A DNA stretch of 64,000 bases. Origin: Hormiphora californensis (lineage: Eukaryota; Animalia; Ctenophora). Location: the NCBI GenBank assembly GCA_020137815.1, contig CM035362.1, positions 124,001 through 188,000 of the forward strand, written 5' to 3'. Positions 1 through 14,662 of the stretch are shown here, one piece after another (the stretch's first letter is position 1; each line of letters opens with the position of its first letter). The notes under the pieces were generated by a model. That model worked only from the letters and a program-made list of their open reading frames with translations. It was not told the origin of the DNA and ran no database searches. The position numbers were made by a program, and so were the translations under genes.

Positions 1-1340
1 CTTCAATCACAGAGTATATTTTCGATACCTTTGTTTTAAAGAACTCGTTAAACCTCGTCGTCAGTGGCATCGTTTCCTTTTTTGATGGCAGTGTTGAAGG
101 TATTTTTTCTTTTCCAAGTAAGCTGTTAACTACTCTATGGGTAGATTTCGGATCACCTTTCACTCGATCGAGTTTCTTACTGACGAAACTGGCTCGAGCG
201 TTGTTGAGAACTTTGGATGCAAATTTGCAGGTACTTTTCCAACAGTGATATTTTGGAGCAAGCTTCTTTGGGTTTGTTTTCGTTAGACGAGCACGTTTCC
301 AGCGTCGCTCAGCTCCTCTGCGTACTCGTCGTGCATTTTGACAAGCTGGTGTTCTGATCCATTGGGGCTGGTCTGGGTTCTTTATTTTCTTTTCTTCCTC
401 GGGTGCAATTTCATCAGTTATTGACTTTAGAGTTGTGTTGTATAGACGAACACATTCTCCTTGGTCGGAAGGTAGCGTTTCAGCAAGCTTGGAGCCTCGA
501 ATGAGTTCACGAAGATCCTCTGGTTCAACTCCTTTGAAATTTCTGCATTTCATCATTACCTCATCCTCCTTTCTTTTAAGCAGTATACCGGCCCTGCATT
601 TTACTAAATAATGATCTGGAGCTGGGGGCACAGGATAGGATTCAATCTCAGTTATTTCGATACCATCTGGCAAACTATCAAATAAATTTGGAATATGCTC
701 TTCACTGGTTTCATCAGGTTTACCGCAGAACGGGGCACCAATGGGGTCAGATAGCGAAACAGTATTCTTGTCTTGGGTAAGGATAAGATCTAGTGTGCCT
801 CCTTTGATGTGGGTCGGACCAGTTACTTTATTTTTCCATCCGAACTGGTTCAGAAGTTCATTGAATTTTCGAGCTTGGGGGTCCTGGTTGTCCTCGACAT
901 GAATATTAAAGTCTCCGCATATTAGACAGCGCTCTTTCCTCTCTGCTAATTTCAGAAACAGATCCTCTAGTTCATCTAGAAACGCTGTAAAATTGCCCGA
1001 AGTGCCAGGCCGGTACACGACAACTATCCTGGTGTTAGTAGGTTCTTTGAGGAGAACCTCAAGGCATTCAAACTGCTTAAACTTGTGACAATACTTACTT
1101 GTTTTCGTCCTCCTTCTGGTAACTAAAGCTACACCACCTCCTCTACCTACACGTGGATGTGATACTATGTTGAAACCTGCTTCTTTGAAAAGAGCACAGA
1201 GAGCACCATCGTCCTTTTTCATCCATGTTTCAGTGAGTGCGAAAGTATCCAAGTCTTCATCTACAGCGAGTTCCAGGATGTCAATCGCTTTATTCCTCAG
1301 TGAAAAGCAATTCAGGAGACCAAAATTCAGCCATCTGGAT
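1..1340 (-). CDS. LINE (L2/CR1-group) ORF2, N-terminal APE endonuclease; runs off the window end
   Basis: Manual minus-strand translation gives WLNFGLLNCFSLRNK, FALTETW, GRGGGVA, VVYRPG, CGDFNIH, PTHIKGGTLDLILT and PDHYLV, which are APE endonuclease motifs. It starts overlapping the ORF1 stop with no ATG of its own. Confidence 0.9.
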
Positions 1341-1344
1341 ACAA

Positions 1345-2610
1345 TTAGTTTTTTGACAGGTACTGGAGACGGATGGGACACTGTGGATCAGCTGCGTTAT
1401 GAGTATGAGCAAATGAATGAATGGATGGGTGTCGTGATTTAGCACAATTCGAACATTTAAAGGCAGAATAATTTTTCTTGTTAGGGCATTCTCTGGCTAC
1501 GTGTTTCTCTGAACAACGGAAACAGGTCGGGTCACTCGCTTTACACTCACTTGCATAATGTCCGAAGCCTTGACACTTGAAACACTGTTTTACATACACT
1601 CTCTCTTCTACAAAACAGTTGTAGTTACCAACGTGAATAGAGCCACTGCTAAGAATCAGATCACCAATAGGTTTGCTGACCTTCAACCCAATAGTGGCTT
1701 CATTCTCATTTCGACTGTACCTCTGAAACGACACAACAGACATCTTCTCTCCTCTTTCCAACAACTCGGCAACTCTTGGGTTTAGCTCACAAATAGAATC
1801 TAATATCATTGTATCCGTCTCATCCCTGTCAGTAATATGCTTAGGAATAAAAGAAACATCAGCACCTCGAATAGATAATTTTTTAAGGCCTCATGTCCAA
1901 ACTTTTTCACACCAACATTCACATTTTCAGATGCAACCTTTGTTGCTGCCTTGTCATTTCGTCAGCAGTTTTGAACCAATACTGTACTGATCCGTCTTTC
2001 TGGTTCTTCTTATACTCGGTGGGAATCTGGCAGTACATCATTACACTGTTGCATCGTCGCAGTTCTCCCAGATATATAGACTAGCCGTGCACTACTGACC
2101 CAAATATGAGCTTCAGAATAGGACACAGATAGGGGACACATTTGTTTGTCCATCAGCGGCTGCAATGGCTCTATGTGTTTGGCAATCGGTAGAAACGGTT
2201 GAGTTCATAATAGTTGCGATTTTGTTCCTCAAAACTTCCCTAGCATTGATTGTCAAATGTCGCCAGTGTATTTCCTCAAGAATCCTCGTGTGTTAGAGGG
2301 GATGGCTCATCGTCTTGTATTACGGCAGGACAGAACCAAGCCAGACCCTCGTTCTGGTTTATAAGGGCAACCCATTTGTCACATCCCGGTCTTAGGACCG
2401 AATGTTACGGCACGTGATGTAGTGTTCTCCAGTTACGTTGATGGTGCATTGGACGAACGCGTCCAGTTTTGGGTATTACTAGCCTCTTCGGACAGAGTTA
2501 TATCCGTTTTTAGGCGCTTTAACAGGACTCCACGCGTTGGGTTGGTCGGAAAGTGCTTGTGAGTTACCTTTACGACATCGGTTACATCCTTTTCCACTAT
2601 AGGTCATTCT
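1345..2610 (-). CDS. LINE ORF1, gag-like, with C-terminal zinc knuckles and a possible degenerate N-terminal PHD finger; frameshifted upstream of 1809
   Basis: ORF 1345-1809 has CFKCQGFGHYASEC, CFRCSEKHVAREC and CSNC...H...C. A GCDKW...LAWFCP segment near 2320-2390 resembles a PHD finger. It lies directly upstream of the APE ORF2. Confidence 0.8.
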
Positions 2611-4599
2611 TTCAGGCTTGCCACTGATCGCTCAGCTTTATTCATCTTCTCTGTGTTCTCATGACTATCGATGTTCAGGGATTTGTGTTTATCTGCACCT
2701 TCGGGGCGGTCCATACAGTTCACATCTCCTCAAATATATTTGTTTAAAGTCAGGGTTGAAAGTTTGAAACTTTACATTTACCTCTGCAGAAACATCTTAG
2801 GAAGATAGCAATCCCCTCCTTTCCTTCTACCAGGGTATCAGTTGCACTCTGGTGTGGTGGTAAAAAGGGATCTCTGACTAGAGTTTTTTCTGTTGCCAGG
2901 AGCTTGAGTGGATGGGGGAAACATGTGTTTGATTTCAAGATCTCTACTGAGCCCATGACCGTGCTTGTATAGCAACTACCTGCCAGCTAAAAGGGGACGG
3001 CAGAAAGTTTCAATAAAAAGTCCACAATTCATTTCATTGGATTATGTTACATTTCCCAATTCCCGATCAAAAGTGGCCGGTTGGCCTATGCTGAAACCGT
3101 GGAAAAGCGCGCACTTGGGGTCTGGCAGCCGCATGCCACTGGCCTGTTCGTTGACAAAGAAACTGAAAACGCTACGTAAAAAACTTTAAAAAAAACAACT
3201 TTGATGAAAGCATGCAGAGTTTTAATTTCGTAGCACGGTACGCGCACAAACCAAACAAAGCCGGGATACAGCTTGCAACGCAACCCTCAAAAATTACGCG
3301 TCGGCAGAGATTTTCTCTTATTTTATTATTGGAAAATTATGATGACAATATGTGATTGATGCTCAAACCTTGGTATATTTGGGTTGAGGTCAGTCAAAAC
3401 AACGAGTTTATAATAAATCACTGTTGGCTTAAAACTGTGTGTACAAAAGGGAAAATGTATAAAATTCGTTAGAAAAGCTAAAAAAATCCATAAATATCTT
3501 TGAGTGACAAGTGTTACTGAAAAACGAACACAACGGAACCCAAACATTAATTTATACTCCTGCCTCTCAGGAAAGTCCTTCTCAGCTCAAAAGAAAAATT
3601 GCTCAAAAGATCATTGATCCCGATGAACGATTCCGTTTTCTTTCTAAAAAGAATTCAATAGACATTTAGAGGCAACTTTGAGGCATGACTCTCTATCATT
3701 TTCCTTGTTTACTTCTTCTCGACTAGTACTGGGTAGGAACGAATAGGGCATGGCCACTTTGGTCGCAGGAACCTACGGTTCTTACGCACTTGGACTGAAA
3801 AAAGGCACATTGGTGGAATGGTTAACACAGGGTAGCGACTCAGTGCTAAATCACGCAAGCGAACTCGAGATTCGGCCGTAGGCCGGAGAACGCAAGATTG
3901 GCTGTGCCTCTCATACTCGTTTATCTAAGTGTTTAGAGGCCGTATTTGGTACGAGGTTGGGGTTAGTAACAGGAGGTTAGGGTTAGCTAATAAGAGTCCT
4001 CCTTGGGTTTAGATAGAGAATAGAGTCCGTTACGCAACTGAAGAGTCCGCCTACCGGTTACACCAGCACTGGACTGAGTCCATTTTGAACCAGAATTGAT
4101 TTTTGGTAGCTTGAATGATCTGTTCAGGCCAAGCTGCTCTGAACCGGTTCTCTCGGGTGCAGAAATTTAGTTGAAAGAAATGAGAATATGGTCTGGGCCA
4201 ATGCTCTGGCAAAATGCTGTTTGTTTAGTATTTCAGATATAATTATTTCAATACTATTTCAGAGTTGTCTCATCCCTGAGAGTTCCGTGTTTGACTGTAC
4301 CCAATATCCACATACCCCATTGCCATATTTATGACCGGTACAGGGGTAGGGAGATCCACTCGTTCCATCCCACCTCTAGGAGGGGAGTGAGGGTACTTAC
4401 TTTGTTGTACTTGAGAGTTTTAGTGAATCCTCTAGATCCACTAGCCATCCTTTGCATAGAACACCCTACGGCCACCCAATCACGTAAGGAATATTGTTTG
4501 CTGCAGATAAACCAAATCCGATAAGGTGGACGACTCAGAAATGTATCGAGGTGTCTTTGAGTGCAGTCTTGAACGATGTTAGAGGAAACGTAATGATAA

Positions 4600-6250
4600 A
4601 CACGGTGAAGGTAGAGTTTCCCAGCTACTTAGGGGGCCTTCACCGAGAACCTGTTTTCCGTAACGCGTACGAGAGCTGTTTAGTATAAGGTTACTATCAG
4701 GGAGAGGGGGATACACCGCACGGGATTAGGCCTCTTTGGAGAGGTAGGAGTTGAATTTTCTGGAGCCATGGAGCTAGGGCCCGTGAAGAAATATTCAGCA
4801 TGGATAATTGAGTCCTATCGGCTCTCGGCGTCTCTGTAGAGACATTTATCCAAGGTTAAAAGCCGATCTCAGTAGCGGTGCCAGCTGATTCAATCACTTT
4901 TTGGCAACGAAGGGCGCTGAACACTTCAAGAGGCCTAAGTCTGAAACAGGGTAAGGATCCCAGAGAGGACACACATACTAATGGCTTCTGACGAGGGCGT
5001 TTGTAAAGGGGTAAGCATATGTCTTATCCCTGGCCGCGAAACACCTAAGAGCGCCATTGCATCTCTTGCCATCTTCTTGCCCTGGCTAGCCAGATGGAAT
5101 ATGATAGAACTACAGAAAGGCCGGATTGAACATGTGAAACCCAGTCCTTGACAATTCCCTTCTCCTCTAACAGCCGCGGTCAGTCATCAGGAGGACGTAC
5201 TTCCTCAAATGTTCGATTGAAAGGGAGATGACGAAGGGTAGGATACCGCTTTTCATTGAGGCTTGAGGATGAATAGATCGAATTTATCGGGGTAGTTTCA
5301 ATGTTGTTTTGAATGAGGACCATGTTAAAGTAGCATCGAGGTCCTCCGAATGATCAAAAAACGGACATCCTGCGGGCAACGATCCTCCTTGCCTAGTCGG
5401 GTATCGTCAGCAAAGCGATCACACTTTGAAGGATATCGCCAATCGGTCGTTCACAAGAGTGATAAAGATGGGGCCACGAACTGGTCCCTTGGGGGAACCG
5501 CTGATAGATAGTATATGAGGTCGTGAAACTAGCTCCTTGAAACAGGTAACAGTGGCGTTGACCAGAAAGGAATGATGATATCCAGTCACATAATGGTGGG
5601 ACATCATAAGCATGGAGTTTCTTCAGTAGAAGGTTATGGTCAATGGAATCAAAAGCTTTTTGATAGTCACAGGTCATGGTATCTGTGTACACCTTCTATA
5701 AGACCTCTATAACGTCACCTAGAGGTCAAGACGTGGTCAACAAACTTCTCCAACTACGTGGAAACCGTGCTGGTGTAGGAAAGCAGGTTTTGTTATTGTC
5801 CACATATCAACAAATGCTTCCTGACGACGCACTTCAAAGCATTGACAAAGTTGACTGTCAAGAAATAAGCCGATAGTTTCAGGGTCAGAGTGGGACCTTC
5901 TTGTTGCAGAGGGAATACTAGTTGCCCGTTTGAGTAGTAACATAGGGACTGTCCTTAATTGCAAGGGACGTTTCCAAATTATTTTGATAGGGGGGTAGCG
6001 AGTTCAACACAGCGAGCTGTTAAGTGAGTTCTATTGAGCGGTATACCATCGGCCAGATCCGGAACTGGGTTTCAGGTCTTTTCAGGACAGTTATGATATC
6101 GTCTGAATGTCAGTCCTGGTACATGTCGGGGGGAAAGGGGACACTGAGGTACTGTGTCCCGGGGAGTACCACTGAGGAAGGCCTTCAGTCTTTAGGATAC
6201 TGAGAGGAAGGAGACTTTAGCTGAAGGAGTCTGAACCATCTAGCAAGGGT
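4600..6250 (-). mobile_element. Decayed LINE reverse-transcriptase fragment
   Basis: ORF 5393-5692 has DYQKAFDSIDHNLLLKKL, WISSFLSGQR and PQG, typical CR1/L2 RT motifs, with many frameshifts. Boundaries are approximate. Confidence 0.75.
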
Positions 6251-6349
6251 CGGTGACTGCAGAGCCATCAGGGTCAAAGAGCAGCTTGCTGGATAATCGA
6301 GCCGGTCTAGTTGATTTATGGTGCGTAATTAAAGAAAAACGTTGGATGC

Positions 6350-7740
6350 CATACCCTCCCCCCACTCACCTCTCCCACCCCACTCCATCTTCCTACCTCC
6401 CCCCCACCCCCCCCACCCCGCCCCACCACTCCCCTCACCCCCCATCTCCAACCCCTTCCCCCTCACCCCAACGCTCTTCCTTGATGTGTTTAATTAAGAC
6501 ACCTTCTGTTCCCGAGGACTCAACTTTTTTTCACGATTGCCTGGGCCATATCCCCTCTAAGGGCAACGAGTTTTCTCTGGGTGAACTGAAGAGCAGCGGA
6601 GTTGGAAGTAGGGTAAGGACATGAGAGCAGTATCTTTGCTTTGACCGCGGCGGGATAGTGATGGGAGGTTAACCACAAAGGGGAGGGAGAATCCACTAGT
6701 TACCTCACCTAGTCTGGAGGGGGAGTGAGGGGAGGGGAGTGAGGGGGGAGTGATGGAGTATCACCAGGGGGAGGGAGATCCACTTTTGTACCCTCACTAG
6801 TGGAGGGTAGTCCGACGTTTGAGGGAGTGAGGGTGGAGTGTGTATGTGGGTACAACAGGGGGATGGGTTTATTTTATCCGACTAGTTACTCACCTATGGA
6901 GGGAGGTGGAGTGAGGGGAGGGGAGTGAGGAGGAACAGGGTGAGTGGGGGTACACCGGGGGATGGGAGAGCCACTTGTTACACTCACTATGGAGGGGGGG
7001 AGGGGGGAGGGGACGGTCTGAGGTGGGAGTGATGGGAGGTACAACAGACGGGTAGGGGAGACCCCACTTGATTACCGTTCAAGTACAACCTATTTTCGTT
7101 TATGTTTTTGGTTTATTCGGTTCACCTCTCTCCCTATTTATTTATTCTTTTGCGCCCTCTTTCTTTTTTTTCTTTATTCTGTTTATTTTCTCTTCTTTAG
7201 TTTCTTTCCCCCCTTTTTCTTTCATCTCCCCTTTCTTCCCCCCCCCCCCTCCCCTTTCGTTCTTTCTCTTTTCACATTTCTTTTATTTCCTTTTTCGTTT
7301 TACTTTTCTTTTTCCCCCCTTCTTGTATCGCTCTTCCGATCTTTTTTTATTTTGTATCGCCCTCTTTTCTCCGACGACAGCCTCCCTGTCAGCCATTATT
7401 TCTTTTTCTTTTTTTTTTTTTCTTTTTCTTTCTTTCTTTTCTTTTGTTTCTCTTTTCCTGGGAGGACCCTCCTTCTATATACAGAGGGGGAGGGCAGATC
7501 CATATAGTTAAAGACTTACACCCACCTCCTCCCCCCGCTTTTACCCCCCTACGCTGAACACCGACCACAACAAACCACCCGACTCGTCCATACCATCACC
7601 TTCATTTCGGTGGTCTTTCTTTTTCTTTTCTATCCTGTTTCTTTGGGCCTTTTTTCTTTCTTGCGCTTTCCCCCCCGTGTTCTGTTTCCCCCTTTTTCCC
7701 GTCCCCTTTTCCTCTTTTCTTTTTCTTCATTTATTAAAGA
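6350..7740. repeat. Low-complexity region: C-rich tract, degenerate G-rich repeat (gggag.tccact.gttacctcactagtggaggg) and T/C-rich tract
   Basis: Seen directly. A related unit occurs at ~4340-4400. ORFs here are compositional artefacts. Confidence 0.75.
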
Positions 7741-10199
7741 GAATGGCGGGCGGGGGGCAGGAGTTGAGAAAGTTACGAGGATAATTGAAGCCACAGTGAG
7801 TGACAGAGAGGACTAAAGAGAGGTGGGGGGAGGTAAATAAGACAATATAAGAGTTCGTTTTCTCTCTAAAACGTACCCACAACTCCCGCATCCAAGTTTG
7901 ATGGGATAGTGAGGTCGAGCAGGTGCCTTCTTCTACTATCATCCTACTCTCACTTCTCGTGTACCTCCTTGGCTTGAATCTTCTCAATAACCCTATATCA
8001 CAATCCCAGCCGAAGCCACCAGGGAATCCTCTCGCTGGCCTTCGTCTCTTTCTTTTTTTGCTGAAGAGGGTATTTGGAGTTGGTGAGTGTTGGGGGAAGG
8101 AGCCGCGATATATAACAGTAAGCCCCCCGATTTTAACCGGGGTAGGCCATTTGCCCGGTAAATTGAGTCAGTATAGGGGTCGGACTGTATCGCTCTCTTT
8201 GTACTCTCTACGCGCCAACTATCTAAACAAAAACCGTTTTAAAACAATCGGGGCCCGTGCTCATAATTAGTATTGGAAATTATTACCACCCCCTACCTGC
8301 TACCCCATACGCAACCTACCCCAGAACCGCCAATACCCCTAAATTAACTACTCCTAATCGTACTCCTATCGCGAGCTCCCACAGCGTAATAATAGGGGTG
8401 CTTCGTAACCCTAAGTGGTTACTGGTCCTTGGTGTCTGGCCGGGGCGAGTCCTCTCTGAGACAGTATAGTGTTGAGAAGACTGCTGCTGCTAACTCAGAG
8501 AACTAACCAGTTATTTACTTGGTCAGTACCTTGGTATGGGGTGGTCCACACTTGCAAATCCTTATTCCGGGGCCATGACAAACAGGTGGAACGCTCAAAA
8601 CACAAGCTAGGGATGGCAATTGGCACGCGGTGTACACGGCTCTTATAAACATACTATATGTAATCATAAGAGTAGATGCGAGGGGCGGGTGATCAGGTAG
8701 GGGGAGTTTATTCTATATCTGCTTCCATTTTGTTGTTAACTTTTTACCGAAATGTTTCTCAATTCTTCTCAAGCGATCGCTCCTTGTTGTTCGCTGATCT
8801 CCTCTGTCAATCCACAGGTTTGGTTCCAATTTATAAATTAATTGAAAATTCCATAGTAATTATTGGTATCTAGCCCGTAATCGAAATTAGTCAGGTAGAG
8901 TGGTTTTCCCGCTGATATAAAACAAAGATTGTCAGTTTTTTTTTTTTTTTTTTTATGCCTCATTTTATCACCCCTTGTGAAAACCTCCCCACAGTCACTC
9001 AGGGTCCCCCTCAACAAGGATTGGTAGTTTCATCAATGTGTCATTCCCATAGATGCACACCCTGCCTCCAGCCGCAACTTCACAACTGTCACGGCACCTG
9101 ATCAGAGGATATAATCTATTAGGGGAACACTCCCCGGGCTGCACGGAGATTCCGAAAGGAGGTCATGGCTCAGTCCGGCTCGGGGTTAGGGACATATCCT
9201 GACAGTGACGGTAAGCATAAAATCAAAACGCGGAGAAAGAGGCAAAGACCGAAGTACTGCCGGCGCTGTAGGGTGTGCAGGGCAAGAAGCTGACAAGTGG
9301 GAGTAGGGCGCAAACCTAGTGTGGTGGTGGGAACAGTGGGTGTGGTCGTGAAACTAGCAAAAAATAAGGATTTAAGATAGGGTGACATGGAGGTCTGTGG
9401 GTGAGGAAGAAAGGTAACGTATGATACGTGTGCGGAGGTCGGGGATAGGTATGGGACACAGTGCAAGAAACAAATAGGGGCTGAAGAAAGCGCTCGGGAA
9501 GATACCGAGACTAAGATGTGCTGAACAACGTCATGGAGGGGAGGCACAGAACACTATGGGGCGGGCGGCAGTAACTGGGAGGGGGAATCACATATACAAA
9601 AAAAATAGGGGTGGGTGGGGTGCGCTGAGAAGAGGGGGGTAGCGCCTATACTGATATACATATATATGCATTACTCGGTGAGTCCAGCCCGTTTGGACGT
9701 CATCCCTAGGCACGCCGTTACAACCTTTTCTCGACTACCCGAGCGACTCTGAGCTGGTACGGATCCGGTGAACTCAGGTGAGATCCCGGAGCAGTCCTGG
9801 AACAGGGGGGCTCAGGGGGGAATAATTGTCCGTCCGCGATCTAAACGAGAATTATGAAAATCTTGAAATACGTCCTGCGCAGGTGGGGGGCCGCAATACT
9901 AAAATAGTAACCTGATTGGTCTGCCCAATATTAACTGCACACACGTCAAACATTTTACAAGCACGAATTACAATAAAAACACCCGTAGGTAATTACCTAT
10001 AACATAACTAAGCTAGAAGAGATAGTATACGTCATTACCGTCCCGGGATACGACACACATCGCTCCGCCGCGGGTAACCCACGCCGTGTAACGCTAGCCG
10101 GAATACTGGACGCCCCCAGACACTCGAGCAGGAACGAGGCAGTGTACTGGTTGACGAATGACAGTTATTGTGCAAAGGGGTCGTCCCTCACGGCCACCC

Positions 10200-10680
10200 T
10201 CGGAGCACTCCCCGTCGCATTTTTGAAGGGACCTGCACTATAAAGCGATTCATTTGTTCACTGAAAATAAGTGTATTGTTGGTAAGTGTTAAATTATTAT
10301 CGTGTGGCGAAGGTTTAAATTGGGAGATAAAGTCAATCCCGCGTTCACCTACAGTGCTAACTTTGCCGTTAATATGGCGTACCCTTGAACAGCATCCAGA
10401 CAGCGCATAGATTTGGTTTATGTTTCAAATACTCCACATCCAACCCGGAGCTCTTAGCTGGCCTTCAATACGTGCCTGGAATCATTATATCCTGGTTTCG
10501 ATATACACACTTTTTGAACTGCACTCCTTTTTTCCTAGTAACTCTTTTGGCCCTCAAACTCACTACTTCAAAGCACTTACAAGATTATCATCAACTATCA
10601 CAGCGACAGAGCGTCAATTATGATTGTAGATATTACATTTCACACCCTCATAGCATGACCAGAACCACGACATAACCGCA
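10200..10680 (+). mobile_element. Probable decayed Penelope-like GIY-YIG endonuclease remnant
   Basis: Reading across frameshifts gives C.TEN.VYC..C.C...YVGE (10250-10310), HF...H, and E.Q...L.TP.GM near 10610-10660. Confidence 0.35.
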
Positions 10681-13600
10681 CATTATAAACTCTGGCTCTA
10701 CTTATATATCACTATGATCTAACCCAACCAGTATCATCCTTTCCCCCTAGAATATTACTCAACATAGCACCACCCCTTTAGATCCTTATAGTCTAAACTC
10801 ACCTCTCAAGCACTTACAAATACTTTCACATCCCAATTGTTGCGCCTCTTATTCGCAGAATGTTGAACTCCTAACATTTTGTTTTGTGTTCCTACGTACC
10901 CACAAGGAAAAAAGACTAAAAAGCAGTCAAGCGGTAATAACTAGATATATATCCAATTTTGTTCGATAATTTGATCATTCTCATAACAACTTTGTTACAA
11001 ATTTTTTGAGTTCTTTCAGAACAAATTTGCCCCATTAAAACAAATAAAGTATCGGAATAGAACCACTCCTACGATAGGACCATACTACGCGACACTGGTG
11101 AAGCTATGGTGTATAACGAGTCACGCCACCCGTGCTGGAGGATTATCTGCTCTGCACGTTGTGATAACTGTGGTGACGGAGGTGTGAGTGGAGAATCGAA
11201 CACAAGTATAGTCCACCTATGATGTCTCTCTGTACGAAACCGATCGATACCACGTGAGACCTCCACGGGCTTAGTGGGAGTGACCAACAAATCAAAACTA
11301 TCTCATTTTAACAGTTGAGAGAAATATTATTTGGCCTTTCAATTAAATTATAGCATCCCTTCTATTTGCATTGTCACACTAACAATTTAATCAAATTACA
11401 CCATCAAATCTGGAATGATGTGTACCTGCTAAAACGCTTTGTCTTTTTCATTAATTGTGATAAAACTACATCAAAATCCAGTGGACCGGACGACTCGGGG
11501 GGGGAGGGAGCCTCCGATCTGTAGTGGCGTCGGCCAGGTGGGTGTGAAAAAGTGTGTGGATCAAACTAAGATCGTGGTCAGGTCCAAATCAATGGTTAAT
11601 CTATCCCCTCGATCATCTCTCGGTGAGGACCAACAGGTCGGGGGACTCGCTTGTTCCACTAAGCGGGGGTGCGCGCGTCTATGGAACTGGCTCAGGGTGG
11701 ACCTAAATGGTGGCGGTCACGACACTTGACGGTACAACAGCGCCCATGTTTCAGAACGAACCAAGCTCCTGGTGTTATTTCCAGACTAGGCAGGTCACAA
11801 CCAGATTGTAAACCCTAGCTGTTCGTGAGATTGTAACGGTCAACTACCAAGCTATTCTCAATGACAGGCGAAAACAACCGACTTTATTGGCTGATAAAAT
11901 ATTCGACAATCGACTCAGCTGGTCTAGGTATGTAACTTATCATTAGGAGTATACTTTTCTTTACTCACAACATGCTAATGATTCGTCGCACAGTCACCTG
12001 TCCTGTCCTCTCCGGAAACCAGGCCGTTGCAGCGTTCGAGCAAGTACAATCATGTAATAAGGACAACCTAATGACTACTAACAATCCCCTAAAGGTCTAT
12101 ATGATCTAACTGAAAAGACTTAAAGAATGGCTGGGAATAGGCTGATTGGGTCACTCTTAACTAGTGAATCTATGCTAACTGGGCCTTCCAAATGAACCGA
12201 AACTTTAAAACCGAACGATATGATGCCCTTATGAGATGAGATTCTACGTGGAATGTGCATACCGCTCCAAAACAAATCCTTATTGTTCTTCATTGTTCCT
12301 TGTGCGACTTTTGTTGAAATTATCTACAGTACAAGAATCAAAGGAACCTAAACTGCACAGTTATCTCACCAACAACTCGAAGTCAAAAATCTACCAACAA
12401 TTGACACGGATGCATACCATATTTCACACCACCGGGGGGGGGGGGGGGGGGGGGGACCACTTCCATCCACCGTCCATTGCCCCATTCCCCTAACCTAACC
12501 AAAATCACAAATTCTACCTCAGAATTTACGCAAAATACCAAACAACCTCAAACCTTCATGTATTCTTTTAATATACCGAATGCGTGGCAATGCCACAACA
12601 GCCCCATCAGCCCACCGCGTTTTTTTCCTTTCCTTCCCTGCGTAATATACCGATATACCGACAACAACTTCAGGATAAACTACCAAACCTGATATGAGCG
12701 AGGTCTTGTCAGCAACAGCCCGCGTTACACACAAGACCAGATTCAGGTACCCCATTAGTTGTAACGGGTCCATCAATCCACAATCATATTCCACCCTGGT
12801 TCAGTTGGTTAGAAGCAGGGACAGTGTGTCCGGTGTTGGTCAACAGCCCAGAACCCTGCCACAATCAGCCACCTCAGAGGGAGAGGAAAGTTTGGTGGGG
12901 GGGGTGTGAGGGGGCGAGTTAGAGTTAGAGAACGAGAGGGGATTGAGACAGAGAGGGGATAAAGAGGTGGTTTAAAAGAGGGAGAGTTTCTTCTTCTACA
13001 GATACTTCTTACAATAAGAGACTCCTAAACTCACCTATCCTCTCCGTGATGTTCGTTGGCAGCATGTGACTACTCCCAAATATACTTACACACCCTGAAA
13101 GTTAATGTTACTTATGCCATATTGCGTATAAATATGGAGAATCTCAATCGTTGGTAACACATCCCAGCAATGTAATTCTCCACCGTATACTCGATTTCAC
13201 CAGCACAACGAATAAAAAGCACTGGCTTTATTAATTTACCTGCGTGTGTGTAGATGGAGACTGTACTGACTCAAAAAATCCAGGAAAACTAACCGGGAGG
13301 CCCCCCCTGCAAAATCCACCTCTTACCTCCATTCTCGACGTGGTAATCAAACATAGCCGTCCTTTTTCGACTGAAAAGGGTATAATCGTTGACAACATTG
13401 GAACATAGGTGAGCGTGACGGACTTGTTGTTTAATGATCTGGGTTTGTGTGCTTGCTTGCAAATGTTACGTTCACAGTTCAAATACAGCGTTCATCCTGG
13501 CCCGCCATGTGATGACGCGCGCGTCTATAACTGCGAATTGTGGGTGCTTTCATCGCAGACGCGCGGAGAACCAGGCAAGAGGTGGGTTCCGACTGCCGAA

Positions 13601-14662
13601 GTTGAATAGGGATCAAAACTGTACATAAATTGTGATTAGGACATGGAGCCCACGAACTCCAAATACTGTAAAATCCATTTATTTTCGTGGGGATTAATTT
13701 TCGCGTTTTTGGCTTAGACTGGCTTGCTCTGGTGTTCCCTTGAATGACTCCGCCAGCGTACACAGGAGTCAGCTGATGGAAGGATTAGTTCACTCCCTGG
13801 TACGCTGGTGAAGTCGTCAGGGACCACTAAATCAAGTCTATGGCCAACGCTAAAATTAATTCCCTCCCGCGAAAATATATGGTTTGACTGTAGAAGAGAA
13901 AACAGGCTGATGGGAAATGTTGATTCAAGATATAAAGGCACAGCACGGATTCATGCATTCTTTTTAAGTGAACCAACCTAAATGGGAAAAACGTAGAACG
14001 TGCCATCAAACTGTAATTTGACGCGACTACTAGATTATCTCTTACCCCTCTTCCATTACCCTCACTCTGTGGACAGGGGGAAACACAAACACTACCTTCC
14101 TGGAAATTAAAATAAAGTTACGGGCGCTCACAGAATGAGTGTAATGAGAGGGAAATGGAAGGGATCGGCCACGATATCAGTACAGGCCGTTGGTGGTGGT
14201 CGGGGATGCGTGTGCCGTCGGCGAACCGAGCGGGTTACATTCTAACAAGCTTGACAAAGGGGGGAAGTTTGTTAGGACAAAGTACACAACAGTATAATTA
14301 TTGAGTAAAATTTTTAAAATTAATGTGCGAGTTGTGTTGTGGTGGTGGAGTTGTTCATAAATGTGGAGTGAGTTGGGCTGGGGCCGGGCTGCTATTTGAA
14401 AGCAAAAGGGGGGGGGGGGGTTGAAGGGGTAAATCTAAGAAGGGCAGCCTATTATAACAGTTGGAGCTCAGGCCTATTACGTGCTACAATTATAAAATTG
14501 AGTTGTGTGTGTCCATTGGACGCTAGAAAGGTCTTTGAGATCTCTGCTGCAAAAGTGAAGAAGATTCAATTCTCTATTAATAGATTTCTTCTCGTCTGTA
14601 TTTTATAAACTTTTCTTACAATTACAAAGCTACTACATTTCTGAGTTCCGTGTTTGAAATTT

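Larger units (their letters stand above)
1..2700 (-). mobile_element. 5' part of a non-LTR retrotransposon (L2/CR1 group)
   Basis: ORF1 zinc knuckles followed by an ORF2 APE domain on the same strand. The 5' boundary is approximate. Confidence 0.85.

Noticed and set aside
7068-7816. Phe-rich membrane protein ORFs
   Set aside because: T/C low-complexity sequence.
11040-13950. Possible minus-strand multi-exon gene
   Set aside because: Some exon-like stretches are present, but I found no recognisable motif or consistent splicing in noisy sequence.
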